This document shows positions 36,492 through 47,218 of a stretch of DNA of 64,000 nucleotides, piece after piece. Positions within the stretch are counted from its first letter, which is position 1. Each line of letters opens with the position of its first letter. The notes beneath the pieces are model-generated. The model searched no databases, was not told the origin of the DNA, and saw only the letters and a program-made list of their open reading frames with translations. Source of the stretch: an uncultured Gemmatimonadales bacterium (GTDB taxonomy: Bacteria > Gemmatimonadota > Gemmatimonadetes > Longimicrobiales > Gaopeijiaceae); NCBI GenBank assembly GCA_963809895.1, contig CAWELD010000003.1:2112001-2176000 (forward strand), read 5' to 3'. Position numbers and translations under genes: made by a program.

Positions 36492-38015
36492 TCAGTTCCC
36501 CTCGACGATCTCCTGGTACGACTGGGGATTCCACTGCGGCCGCTGGTCCCGATCCGCCACGTCGAGGCCCAGATAGAACAGCAGCCGGCCGATGCGCGCG
36601 GCCTTTTCGCCGTCGATCTTGTCCACCTCGTCGCTGGGGCGGTGATAGTCCTCGTGCGTGCCGTTGAAGAAGAAGAGGATGGGCACGCCCTTGCGCGCGA
36701 AGTTGAAGTGGTCGGAACGGCGGTAGAAGTTCTGCTCCGGCCAGCGATCGTCGATGGCGGTCATTCCGATCTCGGGGTGCGCCGCGTTCACCCGCTCCAG
36801 CGTCTCACCCAGGTCCGAGTGCTCCTTGCCGATGGCCACGATGGTGTCGGGCCAGTTGCGCCCCACCATGTCGGCGTTCAGATCGGCGGCCACGCTGTCC
36901 AGGGGCACGGTGGGGTGCTCGGCGAAGTAGCTGCTGCCCCACAGCCCCTTCTCCTCGCCGCTCACCAGCAGGAACACCATGGAGCGACGGGGCGCCCGCG
37001 GGAGCGAGGCCATGGCTTCGGCGATCTCCATGACGGTGGCCGTTCCCGAGGCATCGTCGTCGGCGCCGTTGTAGATGGAGTCTCCGGACTCGTCGGGGCG
37101 TCCCACGCCCACGTGGTCCATGTGCGCGCTGTAGATCACGTATTCCCCGCTGAGCGTAGGATCGCTGCCCGGGAGAATGGCCACGACGTTGGGGGCGCTG
37201 GTGTCGTCCAGCACCTGGACGGCGAGGCTCGCCGAGGCCTGGACATCGGTCTCGTGCAGGGCCAGCGGCTGGTCCGCGGCACCCATCAGGGCATCGACGT
37301 CGAGCCCGGCGGCGGCCAGGACCCGACGGGCGGCGGGCTCGCGCACGCTCAGGATGACCGCGCCGCCGCCGTCGCTGGGACGGATCGTACGTGAGCGGGT
37401 CGCGCGATCCGCCATGGACTGCCAGGCCTGGTCGTCACGCGTGTCCAGGGTCCAGATGGCCGTGACGCCCGTGTCCGTGAACTGCCCGGCGCCTCCACGG
37501 CGCCCGCCTCCGTCGGGCGTGCCCAGAACCAGGACCTGCTTGCCTTCCAGGCCCTGCGTCAGGGAATCGGGAACGGGCCCGGTGCCGGTGAGGACCACCA
37601 GCGGCCCCTGCACGTCCACCGCGCTGGCGCTGCCCAGGGGGAGGACCTCGGTCCCGACGGCGAGCGCGCCGTCGCCGATGCGCGCCGAAGAGCCCTCGGG
37701 ATCGAACGCCACCGTCTGGACCGGATAGCGCTGGATGTACTCCTGGCCCGCTCCGGGCTGGAGTCCCCAGTCCCGGAACTGCTCGGCGATCCAGGCCGCC
37801 ACCTCGTCCAACTCGGGACTGGGCGTGTTGCGACCACGCATGGAGTCGGCGGCGAGCACGCCGATGCGGCCCTTGAGCTCGTCTCCGGTGATGGTGGCAG
37901 CGGCGGTGGAGGCGTCCGCCTCCGGCACGGGGGGCACGGGTTGGGGAGCGTCGGGACCGCAGGCGGTCAGGAGCACGCCGGCACAGAGGACGCCGGCCGA
38001 GATCTTGGTGTGCAT
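36492..38015 (-). CDS. M28 family peptidase, lipoprotein
   Basis: LLTAC lipobox; SAHMDHVG, NGADDDASG, GEEKGLWGS, RSDH and YHRPSD motifs. Confidence 0.92.
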   Translation of the reverse strand: MHTKISAGVLCAGVLLTACGPDAPQPVPPVPEADASTAAATITGDELKGRIGVLAADSMRGRNTPSPELDEVAAWIAEQFRDWGLQPGAGQEYIQRYPVQTVAFDPEGSSARIGDGALAVGTEVLPLGSASAVDVQGPLVVLTGTGPVPDSLTQGLEGKQVLVLGTPDGGGRRGGAGQFTDTGVTAIWTLDTRDDQAWQSMADRATRSRTIRPSDGGGAVILSVREPAARRVLAAAGLDVDALMGAADQPLALHETDVQASASLAVQVLDDTSAPNVVAILPGSDPTLSGEYVIYSAHMDHVGVGRPDESGDSIYNGADDDASGTATVMEIAEAMASLPRAPRRSMVFLLVSGEEKGLWGSSYFAEHPTVPLDSVAADLNADMVGRNWPDTIVAIGKEHSDLGETLERVNAAHPEIGMTAIDDRWPEQNFYRRSDHFNFARKGVPILFFFNGTHEDYHRPSDEVDKIDGEKAARIGRLLFYLGLDVADRDQRPQWNPQSYQEIVEGN

Positions 38016-38116
38016 CGTGGTGCGGGGGTTCGGGGTGCGGAGGGTACGACGCAGCAAGGTACTGCCTCACCGGCCATCGCGCCCGCCTCCACCCCCGCCC
38101 TCGGGTCGCGGGGGGA

Positions 38117-40753
38117 TCAGTCCACGGACAACGCCCGTACCGGATCCACGCCGCTGGCGCGTCGCGCAGGCAACCAGCTCGCCAGGAAGCTCACCCCCGC
38201 CAGGACCGCCATCACCAGAGCGAACACCGCCGGATCCCGGGGATCGACACCGACGGCCAGCGTGCGGAGGGCACCCACCGCCGGCACAGCCAGGGCCAGG
38301 CCCAGCACCAGCCCCAGGATCACGCGGCGTGCACCCTGCCCCACCACCATGCGCAGGACGCTGCCGCGATCCGCGCCCATGGCCATGCGTACGCCGATCT
38401 CGTGCGTCCGCCGCCCCACGGCGTATGCGGTCACACCCCAGATACCCACCGCACCCAGAACCAGCGACAGCACGCCGAAGGCGCCCATGAGCTCGGCGAT
38501 GATCCGGAATCCCCCGACACGCTCCACGATCCAGTCGTCCAGGGTGCGCACGTCGGAGACCGGGATGTCGCGGTCCACCGCCCACACCGCCTCCTGAAGC
38601 GAGGGAATCACCGCGGCCGCATCGGTGGCTGCCTTCACCACCACCGTCCGCACGCGCACGCCGCTCCCCCTCATGGGCCGGTAGAGGGAGGGCTCGAACG
38701 GCCGGTCCACGCCGCGCTCCACGTGGTCCTGCACCACGCCTACCACGGACACGCTGGAGCCGTCGGAGAGCACCAGGCTGGCGCCCACGGGATCGCGCAC
38801 GGGCAGGTAACGACGCTGGAAGGCCTCGTTCACCACCACCGCCGCGTCGTCCGCGGCATCGCTGCTCTCGAGCCCACGACCGGAGCGCACCTCCAGGCCC
38901 ATGGTGCGGAAGTACGTGTCCGACACGTAACTCAGGCGAGCGGGAAGCTCCTCTTCGGCCTGGCGGTCTCCGCCGCCGGGCACCTGCACCGTGGTCGCCC
39001 AGTTGGAGCCCTGCAGCGGCGCCGACTGGATCTCGCCCGCGGCGGTCACGCCGGGCAACGCCTCCAGGCGGGCGTCGAGGTCCCGGTAGAGGGCGTCGAG
39101 CTCCTCGCTGGATTCGTAGCGCGATTGCGGCGGGGTCACGCGCATGTACACCACGCCGTCGGGTGCCCACCCGAAGTCCTGGCTCTGCATGCCCACGATG
39201 CTACGAGCCATCACGATCCCCGCCACCAGCAGCACCGCCGCCAGGGCGGTCTGTACCACGACCAGCGTCCCGCCGGCGCGTCCTCCGCCGGCGACGCGCC
39301 GGCCCTGGCGCAGGTCGCCAGCGGGTTGGGCGGTGCGGAGGGCCGGCACCAGTCCGAAGGCCAGAGCGGATCCCAGCGTCACCGTGAGCGCGAAGGCGAG
39401 CACGCGCCAGTCCATCTCGAAGCTGAGGCTCGGGGGGAGATTGGCGGGCAGTCCGGCCACGATGTAGCGCCGTCCCCACTCCGCCAGAGCCATCCCCGAG
39501 ATGCCACCGACGAGCGACAGCACGGCGCTCTCGGTGAGCATCTGACGCACGAGTCGCCCCCGTCCGGCACCCAGCGCCGTGCGCACCGCCATCTCGCCCT
39601 GCCGGCTGTCGGCCCGGGCAAGCAGGAGATTGGCCACGTTCACGCATGCCATCAGGAGCAGGAAGCCCACGGCCGCGCTGAGGACCAGGCTGGCCTGCTT
39701 CGCCACCGGGCCCAGGATCTCGTCGCGCAACGGGATGACCGAGGCCACCCACCCGTCGTTGGTGTCCGGGTGCTCCGCCTGCAGGGCCCGGGCCACCTCG
39801 TTCACGGCGCGGCGGGCGGCGCCCAGGTCCACGCCGTCCCGCAGACGCGCCACGGCCTCCATGTTGTGATCACTACGGGATGCCGTGCTGGGATCCTCGG
39901 TCAGCGGCGCCAGCACGTCCATGGGAGAGTCCATGAACCTGAAATCCCTGGGCAGGATGCCCACCACCGTGCGCGGCTGCTCGTTCAGCACGATCTCGGA
40001 CCCCAGCACGTCGGGATCGCCGCCGAAGCGGCGCTGCCAGAATCCATCGGTCAGGATCACCACGGACGGTGCGTCGGGCCCGGCGTCGGACTCGACGAAA
40101 TCGCGCCCCAGCGCGGGCCGCACCCCGAGAATGCCGAGGAATCCCGGCGTCGTCACCACGCCGGCGAGCTGTTCCGGGTGGTCGCCCCCGGTGAGCACCG
40201 GCCGGGTGGAGCCGTACACGGCCAGGTCCTGGAAGACACCGGCCCGGGCCCGCCAGTCCCAGGCGTCGGCCAGATTCACGTCCGTGTGGCTCCAACCGCG
40301 CTCCGGCTGCTCCGCCCAGACCTGGACGAGCCGATCGGCGTCGGCGTAGGGCAGCGGGCGAAAGAGCAGCCCGTTCACAATGCTGAAGATCGCCGTGTTG
40401 GCCCCGATCCCCAGCGCGAGCGTCCCGGCCGCCGCGACGGTGAGCACCGGCCTGCGAGCCAACGCCCGCAGCGCGTATCGAAGATCGCTCAGAACGCTGC
40501 GCATCCCCTCGCCTCCCCTTTGGTTCGAATTGCCGTCCCACGCGTCCCTCAGTCCACGTTCCCGCAGGCCCGAGCGTGCGGCATCCCACGACGCCCGCAG
40601 CCACACCCTGGCGACCGCCCAGGCACCCCGCTGCCGGGCTGCGCCCAGATGCCCGACGAAGGTGTCCTCCATCTCGGCCCCGAATCGCCGGCGAAACGCT
40701 GGCGGAAAGAGCCTCAGCAGGAGGGCGCGATACGGCCACGGAGCCCGTCTCAC
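38117..40753 (-). CDS. ADOP-type duplicated ABC permease (MacB/FtsX duplicated)
   Basis: LALGIGANTAIFS, LLMACVNVANLLLAR, ALGAGRGRLVRQMLTES, EIGVRMAMGA and PARRASGVDP motifs; GTGA overlap with padR. Confidence 0.93.
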   Translation of the reverse strand: MRRAPWPYRALLLRLFPPAFRRRFGAEMEDTFVGHLGAARQRGAWAVARVWLRASWDAARSGLRERGLRDAWDGNSNQRGGEGMRSVLSDLRYALRALARRPVLTVAAAGTLALGIGANTAIFSIVNGLLFRPLPYADADRLVQVWAEQPERGWSHTDVNLADAWDWRARAGVFQDLAVYGSTRPVLTGGDHPEQLAGVVTTPGFLGILGVRPALGRDFVESDAGPDAPSVVILTDGFWQRRFGGDPDVLGSEIVLNEQPRTVVGILPRDFRFMDSPMDVLAPLTEDPSTASRSDHNMEAVARLRDGVDLGAARRAVNEVARALQAEHPDTNDGWVASVIPLRDEILGPVAKQASLVLSAAVGFLLLMACVNVANLLLARADSRQGEMAVRTALGAGRGRLVRQMLTESAVLSLVGGISGMALAEWGRRYIVAGLPANLPPSLSFEMDWRVLAFALTVTLGSALAFGLVPALRTAQPAGDLRQGRRVAGGGRAGGTLVVVQTALAAVLLVAGIVMARSIVGMQSQDFGWAPDGVVYMRVTPPQSRYESSEELDALYRDLDARLEALPGVTAAGEIQSAPLQGSNWATTVQVPGGGDRQAEEELPARLSYVSDTYFRTMGLEVRSGRGLESSDAADDAAVVVNEAFQRRYLPVRDPVGASLVLSDGSSVSVVGVVQDHVERGVDRPFEPSLYRPMRGSGVRVRTVVVKAATDAAAVIPSLQEAVWAVDRDIPVSDVRTLDDWIVERVGGFRIIAELMGAFGVLSLVLGAVGIWGVTAYAVGRRTHEIGVRMAMGADRGSVLRMVVGQGARRVILGLVLGLALAVPAVGALRTLAVGVDPRDPAVFALVMAVLAGVSFLASWLPARRASGVDPVRALSVD

Positions 40754-41103
40754 GCCGGCTCCATCCCTGCGGACCGATTGCGGGCGCGGGCGACCTGGGC
40801 CCATTCCGCCAACCGCTCCGCCTCTGCGGCCAGGGCCTCACGGCCCCTCGGCGTGATGGCGTAGAAGCGGCGCTTGCCACCCTCGGACGGCGCGTTGTCG
40901 GGGGCTTCGGTCTCACCGATCAACCCGCTCTCGGCAAGGTCGCGCAGGGAGCCGTACAGCGTGCCCGGCCACAGGTGCATCTCCCCGTCGGTGCGCTCCA
41001 GCACCTCTTCCATGATGGCCGTGCCGTGCAGCGCCTCTCCGGCCAGGGCCAGGAGGATCTGGAACCAGTGGGGCTTGAGTCCCTGATCGAGGGTGTCCGC
41101 CAT
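40750..41103 (-). CDS. PadR family transcriptional regulator
   Basis: ILLALA..HGTAI..PGTLYGSL..RRFYAITPRGR. Confidence 0.92.
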   Translation of the reverse strand: MADTLDQGLKPHWFQILLALAGEALHGTAIMEEVLERTDGEMHLWPGTLYGSLRDLAESGLIGETEAPDNAPSEGGKRRFYAITPRGREALAAEAERLAEWAQVARARNRSAGMEPA

Positions 41104-41132
41104 GAGCGACCTCTACGAAATACGGTTGAATA

Positions 41133-41152
41133 TATATACCGACGAGTATACA
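41133..41152. promoter_or_regulatory. Putative PadR operator
   Basis: TATATAC-cgacga-GTATACA imperfect palindrome about 30 nt upstream of padR. Confidence 0.55.
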
Positions 41153-41237
41153 TGCCGACGGGTTTCAGGACCAACCCGGAGATCGATTTGCGAGGACTCG
41201 GGGCGGTGGCGCTCCGGTCATGCCGGAGTCGGAACGC

Positions 41238-42920
41238 TCAGTGACGGCCGCTGCCGACGCGGAAGTCCACCAACCGGAAGGCGCGGGGCTCCACCGAAAA
41301 GGTGACCGGCTGCGACGACACGCCCTCCACGTGTGCCGCGACGGAATGCTCGACGCCGGCGGGCACCCCGCAGAAGCGGTACCGTCCCCGCGCGTCGGTG
41401 GTGGCGCGCGCGGGTGCCTCCCTACCACCGATATTGATCAGGAGCTCCACTTCGACGCCGTCCAGCGGCTCGCCCTGGGCGTCGAACACACGACCGGACA
41501 GCGTGCCGGTGCGCGAGGTGGGCCTCACGCCCGAGCACACCCGGCGCCACACGTCCACCCGCGGTGGCGAGAAGACGCGTAGGGAGTCGGACTCGAGGGG
41601 GACCCGGGCGTCCTCCGCCGCCGGGTAGGCGCCCAGGGTGTCCAGCAACGCGTGCGTGAAGGTCACCAGATAGGCACCGGGGTAGAGCCCCTCGAAGGCG
41701 AAGGAGCCGTCGGCGGCGCTGGTGGTCACGCGCGGCGTGCCGGACAGATGCACCACCGCCCCTGCCAGGGGCTCCCCCGAATCGCCGTCGACGACCCGCC
41801 CCTCCAGGCGCCCACCGCCGGGACGGGTCAGCGGCTCACCCGCATCGGAGTAGGCCTGGATGACCTCGCCTCCCTCCTCGCGGATCCCCGTCACCTCGGC
41901 GTGGTGGAAGAGCCCGAAGATGCGGCTGCGACGTTCCATGAGCGGCATAGAGATGAGCCAGCGTCGCACCACCCACGCCCCGTTGGGGAGAAGCTCGAAA
42001 TCCGCGCGTCCCCGAGCGACCTCCTCGGCCTCTTCCGGGTCGAGGTTCACGTAGTGGTACTCCAGCGAGCGCAGTTCTCCCGACGCCGCGTGGAGCCAGA
42101 GCGTCCCCGTCACGTCTGGAAGCGACGCCCCGGACACGGGCTGGAACGCCAGCCCCACCCAGGGCCCGTCCGGCCCCTGGCGGCCCACCACCCCGAAGCA
42201 GTGGCCGTCGAGGAACACATCGGACAGCGCCACCTCGGGGTCCGGCATGTAGTAGACGAAGCCGTCTCCCTCGGGCTGGACGAAACCGACCCGGGACAGG
42301 GAATCGGCGGGCAGACTGCGGAAGGGCCTGTCGAGATCGCCCTGGCGCAGGCGCTCCTCGTACACGCTGGTGCGCTCAGGGTCGAGCCAGCGCTCGTAGC
42401 GGGCGGCTTCCAGGCGAAGGAGGCCCTCCCGGTGGATGAGCGCCGTGACCTCCAGCGCCTTGCGCGCCTGAACCCAGAGGCGGGCGGTCTCTTCGCCGCG
42501 CCTGGGATCCACCTGACAGCGTCCCTCACCGGTGGCCACGAGAGGATCCAGCGCCACGGCCTCCACGCGCAGGTCCACGTCCAGCGGACCACGGGCCGCC
42601 GCCCGCGCACCCATGGGCTCCGACACCCAGGTGGCGTAGCCGATGCGAATCACCCGAAGGCGGACCTGTTCGCCGATGGGCAGTCGAATGGCGTAGCGTC
42701 CATCGACACGGGAGAGCACGGCGGTGACGCGCGAGGAGTCAGCCCGTATCAACTCCACCAGGGCGCCCTGGACCGGCGTGCCGGCACCCTCCTCGACCAC
42801 CCGCCCGCTGAGGATCTGGGCCGGGAGCGGCGCCGCCCACAGACAGCACAGGATCACCGACGCGGCGACTCGCCACGCCCCGCCCTTCCCTGGCACCGCG
42901 ACCCGGACGTACGTGCCCAT
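41238..42920 (-). CDS. Secreted carboxypeptidase-regulatory-like repeat protein
   Basis: Signal peptide; three 'SGRV..G.P..GA.V' prealbumin-like repeats flanking an unknown core. Confidence 0.8.
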   Translation of the reverse strand: MGTYVRVAVPGKGGAWRVAASVILCCLWAAPLPAQILSGRVVEEGAGTPVQGALVELIRADSSRVTAVLSRVDGRYAIRLPIGEQVRLRVIRIGYATWVSEPMGARAAARGPLDVDLRVEAVALDPLVATGEGRCQVDPRRGEETARLWVQARKALEVTALIHREGLLRLEAARYERWLDPERTSVYEERLRQGDLDRPFRSLPADSLSRVGFVQPEGDGFVYYMPDPEVALSDVFLDGHCFGVVGRQGPDGPWVGLAFQPVSGASLPDVTGTLWLHAASGELRSLEYHYVNLDPEEAEEVARGRADFELLPNGAWVVRRWLISMPLMERRSRIFGLFHHAEVTGIREEGGEVIQAYSDAGEPLTRPGGGRLEGRVVDGDSGEPLAGAVVHLSGTPRVTTSAADGSFAFEGLYPGAYLVTFTHALLDTLGAYPAAEDARVPLESDSLRVFSPPRVDVWRRVCSGVRPTSRTGTLSGRVFDAQGEPLDGVEVELLINIGGREAPARATTDARGRYRFCGVPAGVEHSVAAHVEGVSSQPVTFSVEPRAFRLVDFRVGSGRH

Positions 42921-42974
42921 ACCGCAGAATAGGGTGCAGGAGGTGTGCGGCCAAGGCCGCCGGCCGAACTCCGA

Positions 42975-44552
42975 TCAGCCCCCGGCCGGCTCCCGGGTGA
43001 CGGGATACTCTCCGCCGTCCAGCCACCGGTCCAGGAGGGCCCAATCCACCAGACCGTCGTCGGCCCGCGGCTCCAGGAGGTAGAAGGCCAGCCGGCCCAG
43101 GGGCTGCGAGGCGTCCACCACCGTGGTGCCCGCCGGGAGGGTGCGTTCCTCCGACACCCACTCGCCGAACAGCTCCCGCTCGTTGTGTCCCTGGAAGGCG
43201 CGCTCCGAAACGGCGGTGGAATCGATGCGGAACACCTGAAGCGTCAGGGTCCGGGGGGATTCCAGGCGGGTGGTGGCGATGCCATGGGCCTCGAGCCGAT
43301 CCAGCGCGGGCGTCAGCTCTTCAGGCACGAAGTAGCGCGCGGGCACGGTCTCGCTGTCCGTGGCGGCGAAGGTCCCGTACTCCCGCATGGGCGTGGGCGT
43401 CTCCACGTCCAACCGGTTCAGGATCACCTCGCCGGACCACGGGTTCTTCAGGCGCTCCACCTCGCCCATGAGGATGGTGCTCATGGTGTCGGCGGCCTCG
43501 AAGGTGGCGCGGGTCGGCAGCACCTGCCCCACGACGGAGCGGTCGGCGGCGGTCTCGACCTGGCGGATGCGGTCTGCATCGTCGCGGGCCCAGTCCAGGA
43601 TCTCCTCGACGAACCGGTAGGTGACGCGCACCCGCTCCTCGAAGGTCAGGTAGGCGTAGGCCTCGCTGAGGATCGCCACCCGGTTGCGCAGCCCGATGTA
43701 GTTGTTGTTGAAGCGGGGGCGGTGGTCGAAGGTGTACCAGCCCATCTCGCCGTTCGGCGTGGGTCGCGCATTACCGTAGTAGTAGAAGTTCCAGCCGTCC
43801 TTGTCGTGGATGCGCCGGGTCATGCGCGGCAGGGCCTCGTCACGCAGCAGGCCCACCAACGCCGCGTCGGTGCCGGGATGGAGCGGCGGCGAGTAGGTGA
43901 TCTGGTACGCGTGGTACGAGCCGTTGGTGGTGTGCAGGTCCACGGATACCTGGGGATCGTAGGCCGTCATCATGGCCGCCAGCGACCTGGCCTCGGGCGA
44001 GTCCAGCTTCATGTGGTCGCGGTTGAGATCCAATCCCTGGGCGTTGGGACGCTGCCCCATGCCCGCCAGGGGCCCGTTCTGCCGCGGGCGATTGGTCAGC
44101 AGCACCCGCTCACCACCGTCGGCGTTGTAGAGGGGCGTGACCAGCAGCACCAGGTCGTCGGTCCAGTCGGTGGCCGTCCCGTTGGCCATGGCCCGCATGA
44201 GCATGAGGAGGGCTTCCTTGCCCGGGACTTCGCCCGAGTGGATGCCACCCTGCAGGTAGACCCGGAGCTTTCCCGTGGCTCGCACCGCCTCGGGTGATGC
44301 GTCCGGAGCGCCCACCACCAAGAGAGGAATGGCCCGACCCTCCATGGTGTATCCCATGGTCGTGAGGTGCATGCGGGAATCCGCGGCCGCCACGCGCTCC
44401 AGGAAGGCCATCACATCGTCGTAACGGCTGGTTTCGATGAAGTCGGTGGCCTCGGCCCGCGTGGGCAGCGTGTTGGCGTCGAGGCGGGTCTGTGCCGCCA
44501 CGGGCGCAGCGATTGCGAGGGCGAGAGACAGGGCGGTCAGGCGCGAGACCAT
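42975..44552 (-). CDS. M14 family metallopeptidase, secreted
   Basis: Signal peptide; GGIHSGE, YNADG, DLNRD and VDLHTTNG motifs. Confidence 0.9.
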   Translation of the reverse strand: MVSRLTALSLALAIAAPVAAQTRLDANTLPTRAEATDFIETSRYDDVMAFLERVAAADSRMHLTTMGYTMEGRAIPLLVVGAPDASPEAVRATGKLRVYLQGGIHSGEVPGKEALLMLMRAMANGTATDWTDDLVLLVTPLYNADGGERVLLTNRPRQNGPLAGMGQRPNAQGLDLNRDHMKLDSPEARSLAAMMTAYDPQVSVDLHTTNGSYHAYQITYSPPLHPGTDAALVGLLRDEALPRMTRRIHDKDGWNFYYYGNARPTPNGEMGWYTFDHRPRFNNNYIGLRNRVAILSEAYAYLTFEERVRVTYRFVEEILDWARDDADRIRQVETAADRSVVGQVLPTRATFEAADTMSTILMGEVERLKNPWSGEVILNRLDVETPTPMREYGTFAATDSETVPARYFVPEELTPALDRLEAHGIATTRLESPRTLTLQVFRIDSTAVSERAFQGHNERELFGEWVSEERTLPAGTTVVDASQPLGRLAFYLLEPRADDGLVDWALLDRWLDGGEYPVTREPAGG

Positions 44553-44647
44553 GAAGCGCTCCGGCAGGTGTTTGCGGTCGGGTCGCCGCATGATACGGAC
44601 CCGCCCGGCCCGGGGCCAGGCGGGATGCGCCCGGTAGCCCACACGCA

Positions 44648-44682
44648 CGACGGCCCGGGCGGTCGAGCCGCCCGGGCCGTCG
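44648..44682 (-). terminator. Strong GC hairpin downstream of the ABC ATPase
   Basis: CGACGGCCCGGGCGG-tcgag-CCGCCCGGGCCGTCG perfect 15-bp stem; weak U-tract. Confidence 0.55.
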
Positions 44683-44725
44683 GAGCCCGTCGCCCGCGGA
44701 GAGACCCCGCGGGACGTGGGGAGTC

Positions 44726-45460
44726 TCAGCTGGTCATGTCGAAGCCGGCCTCTTCGAGCTCGTGCGAGCGCTTGGCGTCGTCCTCGCTCACCACCTGGCC
44801 GTCGAACAGGTGCACCTGGCGCTCCGCCACGTGCGCGTAGCGCGGATCGTGCGTCACCATGCAGATGGTCGCGCCCTCGTCGTGCAGCTCCCGCAGCAGA
44901 TCCATCACCGCGTTACCGTTCTTCGAGTCCAGGTTACCCGTCGGCTCGTCGGCCAGCAGGATCAGCGGCTTGCCCACGATGGCCCGCGCCACCGCCACCC
45001 GCTGCTGCTGACCACCCGACAGCTGGCTCGGGTAGTGCCCCATCCGGTGCGCCATCCCCACCCGCTCCAGCGCCGCCTGCACCCGCTCCTTCCGCTCCGA
45101 GCCCGGCATGCCCCGATACGTCAGCGGCAGCTCCACGTTCTCGTACACCGTCAGGTCACCGATCAGGTTGAACGCCTGGAAGATGAACCCGATGGCCTGG
45201 TTGCGGATCTTGGCCCGCTGGCCCGCGCTCAGATTCTCCACCGGCTCCCCGTCGAGCAGGTACTTGCCACCCGTCGGGCTGTCCAGGAGCCCCAGAATCG
45301 ACAGCATGGTCGTCTTGCCGCACCCCGACGGGCCCGCGATGGACACGAACTCCCCGCTGGCGACGTCCAGGTTGATCCCCGACAGCGCGTGCGTCTCCAC
45401 CTCTTCCGTGTAGAAGACCTTCGACAGGTCGCGCAGATGGATCAGGGGCTTCTCACTCAT
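44726..45460 (-). CDS. ABC transporter ATP-binding protein (LolD/MacB-type)
   Basis: GPSGCGKT, IGFIFQAFNL, LSGGQQQR, LADEPTGNLD and VTHD motifs. Confidence 0.95.
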   Translation of the reverse strand: MSEKPLIHLRDLSKVFYTEEVETHALSGINLDVASGEFVSIAGPSGCGKTTMLSILGLLDSPTGGKYLLDGEPVENLSAGQRAKIRNQAIGFIFQAFNLIGDLTVYENVELPLTYRGMPGSERKERVQAALERVGMAHRMGHYPSQLSGGQQQRVAVARAIVGKPLILLADEPTGNLDSKNGNAVMDLLRELHDEGATICMVTHDPRYAHVAERQVHLFDGQVVSEDDAKRSHELEEAGFDMTS

Positions 45461-45502
45461 GGGGCTCTCCGTCCCGGGGTTCCAGTCGTCCGCAACACCT
45501 CG

Positions 45503-46432
45503 TCAATGATTGAGACGAAGTTCGCGGTCGAAAAGTTGCAGGTGGCCCTGCTCGCCGTCCAGAGCGTCGTTCCCGGGCCGGTCCATCGAGATGGGGTCGC
45601 GGGTGATGAGAATGCTCCCGCTGAAGGTCTCCAATTCCACGGTGGCGCCGCCGTTGCCCACCTGGAAGCGGGTCCGCTGGCCCCGGGGAAAGCGGGCCGG
45701 CGCACCGGGCACCGTGGCCCGCACGCTGCCGCGGATCGTGGCCACCGACACCTCGGCACCGGCACCCTCGGGGATGCGCATGGCCAGAGGGCCCCCGTGG
45801 GTCCCGAAGAGATAGCTCCCTCCGGGCTGCACCGTGCCGTCGTAGAGGATTCGACCCCCCACGGTACCGGCCTCCACCTTTCGGGAGCGCACGCCGTCGA
45901 AGACGACGTCCCCCCCAACGGACTCGGCGGCGATGTCGCCGCTCACGTTGATGATGCGTACCGTTCCGGCCACGGCCTCCACGTGCACCGAGGCTTCGGA
46001 GTCCTGGATGCGGATCTCGCCGTTGGTGGAGCTGGCCGAGACCATGCCCCGCCCGCCGACGATGAGCACGTCGCCCTGATTGGTCTCCGCCGACACCTCG
46101 CCCTGGGAGCCGCGCACCTCGATGCGCGTCCACATCCCTTCCAGATCCAGGTCCATGGACGCGGGCACGGTGATGACGTAGTCGACGATGGTCGCGGGCC
46201 CCATGCGGGCCTCGGCCTCCACGTCCAGGCGTTCTCCGTGACGATCGATGCTCACGTAGGTCCGCGACGAATGGTCCGCCTGGATGCGGATTTCGCTCCG
46301 GTCCCACGTGGACACGACGATGGAGCCTCCGGGCGCCTCGACGCTCAGCCTCGTCGCCCCCTGCACGGGGACGATGGTGTCGGTCTGGACAGCGAGGCTC
46401 AGGGCGACGGCTGCGCTGAGAAGGATGGACAT
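45503..46432 (-). CDS. DUF4097-like beta-strand repeat (putative adhesin) protein
   Basis: Signal peptide; repeated 'S.ET..G.V.I' beta units; follows the ECF/anti-sigma pair. Confidence 0.8.
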   Translation of the reverse strand: MSILLSAAVALSLAVQTDTIVPVQGATRLSVEAPGGSIVVSTWDRSEIRIQADHSSRTYVSIDRHGERLDVEAEARMGPATIVDYVITVPASMDLDLEGMWTRIEVRGSQGEVSAETNQGDVLIVGGRGMVSASSTNGEIRIQDSEASVHVEAVAGTVRIINVSGDIAAESVGGDVVFDGVRSRKVEAGTVGGRILYDGTVQPGGSYLFGTHGGPLAMRIPEGAGAEVSVATIRGSVRATVPGAPARFPRGQRTRFQVGNGGATVELETFSGSILITRDPISMDRPGNDALDGEQGHLQLFDRELRLNH

Positions 46433-46474
46433 TGAATCTCCTTGAACGTCAGGGTCCGAGCCGGCCCGACGGGG

Positions 46475-47218
46475 TCATGTGCGAGGAACGAGCTGGGCCG
46501 TAGCCCGGCTCAGAACACGGTACTTGGTGCGTTGCTGGGTCAGGAGCATGTCCTGGAGAAGCGTGCTGCCGGGATCGGAAGCCAGGGCCGCACGCGCATC
46601 GGCGATGGCCGCATCGATGGTGGCCAGGCTCTCCTCCAACGTCTGAACCGTCACCGGATCCAGGCGCCCGCGGCCGCGTGCCAGGAAGGCTTCCAGATCG
46701 GCGATGGCCTCGTCGTACGCGCCGGTCGCCGCCTGGCGCCCCCGAAGCGGCGCGGCGTCCGGAGCTGTCAGCACGGCCGCGGCCGGGCCTGGAGTCACCG
46801 GGCGGACGGCCTGCCAGGTGAGCGCCCCCGACACGAAGGCCAGTACGAGTCCCGCCGCCAGCGCCAGAGGCAGCGGCATCGACACCCTCCGCCGCCACAG
46901 GACCGCACCCTTCGCGGGCGCTCCCACGTCGCGGTCGTCACCGGGCAGGACCGCGGCCTGTCGTACCGGGGTCACCGGGAGCGCGACCACGTCGGGCCCG
47001 TCGGCGATTCGCTGGCGGATGCCGGGCCACAGGTCGTGACCCGGGCGGCCGACCCGTGGCAGCGCATCGAGTCCCGTGCGTACCTCGGCCAGTCTGGCGA
47101 GCCGCTCACGGCAGGGAGCGCAGGCCACGACATGGGCCTCCACGGTCGTCCGCTCGTCGCCGGAGAGCTCGTCGTCCAGGTAGTCGTGAAACGTCACGGT
47201 CTTCGGGTGTCGCATCAT
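46475..47218 (-). CDS. zf-HC2 anti-sigma factor
   Basis: DYLDDEL..HVVACAPC (HxxxCxxC); single transmembrane helix; overlaps the sigma stop. Confidence 0.87.
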   Translation of the reverse strand: MMRHPKTVTFHDYLDDELSGDERTTVEAHVVACAPCRERLARLAEVRTGLDALPRVGRPGHDLWPGIRQRIADGPDVVALPVTPVRQAAVLPGDDRDVGAPAKGAVLWRRRVSMPLPLALAAGLVLAFVSGALTWQAVRPVTPGPAAAVLTAPDAAPLRGRQAATGAYDEAIADLEAFLARGRGRLDPVTVQTLEESLATIDAAIADARAALASDPGSTLLQDMLLTQQRTKYRVLSRATAQLVPRT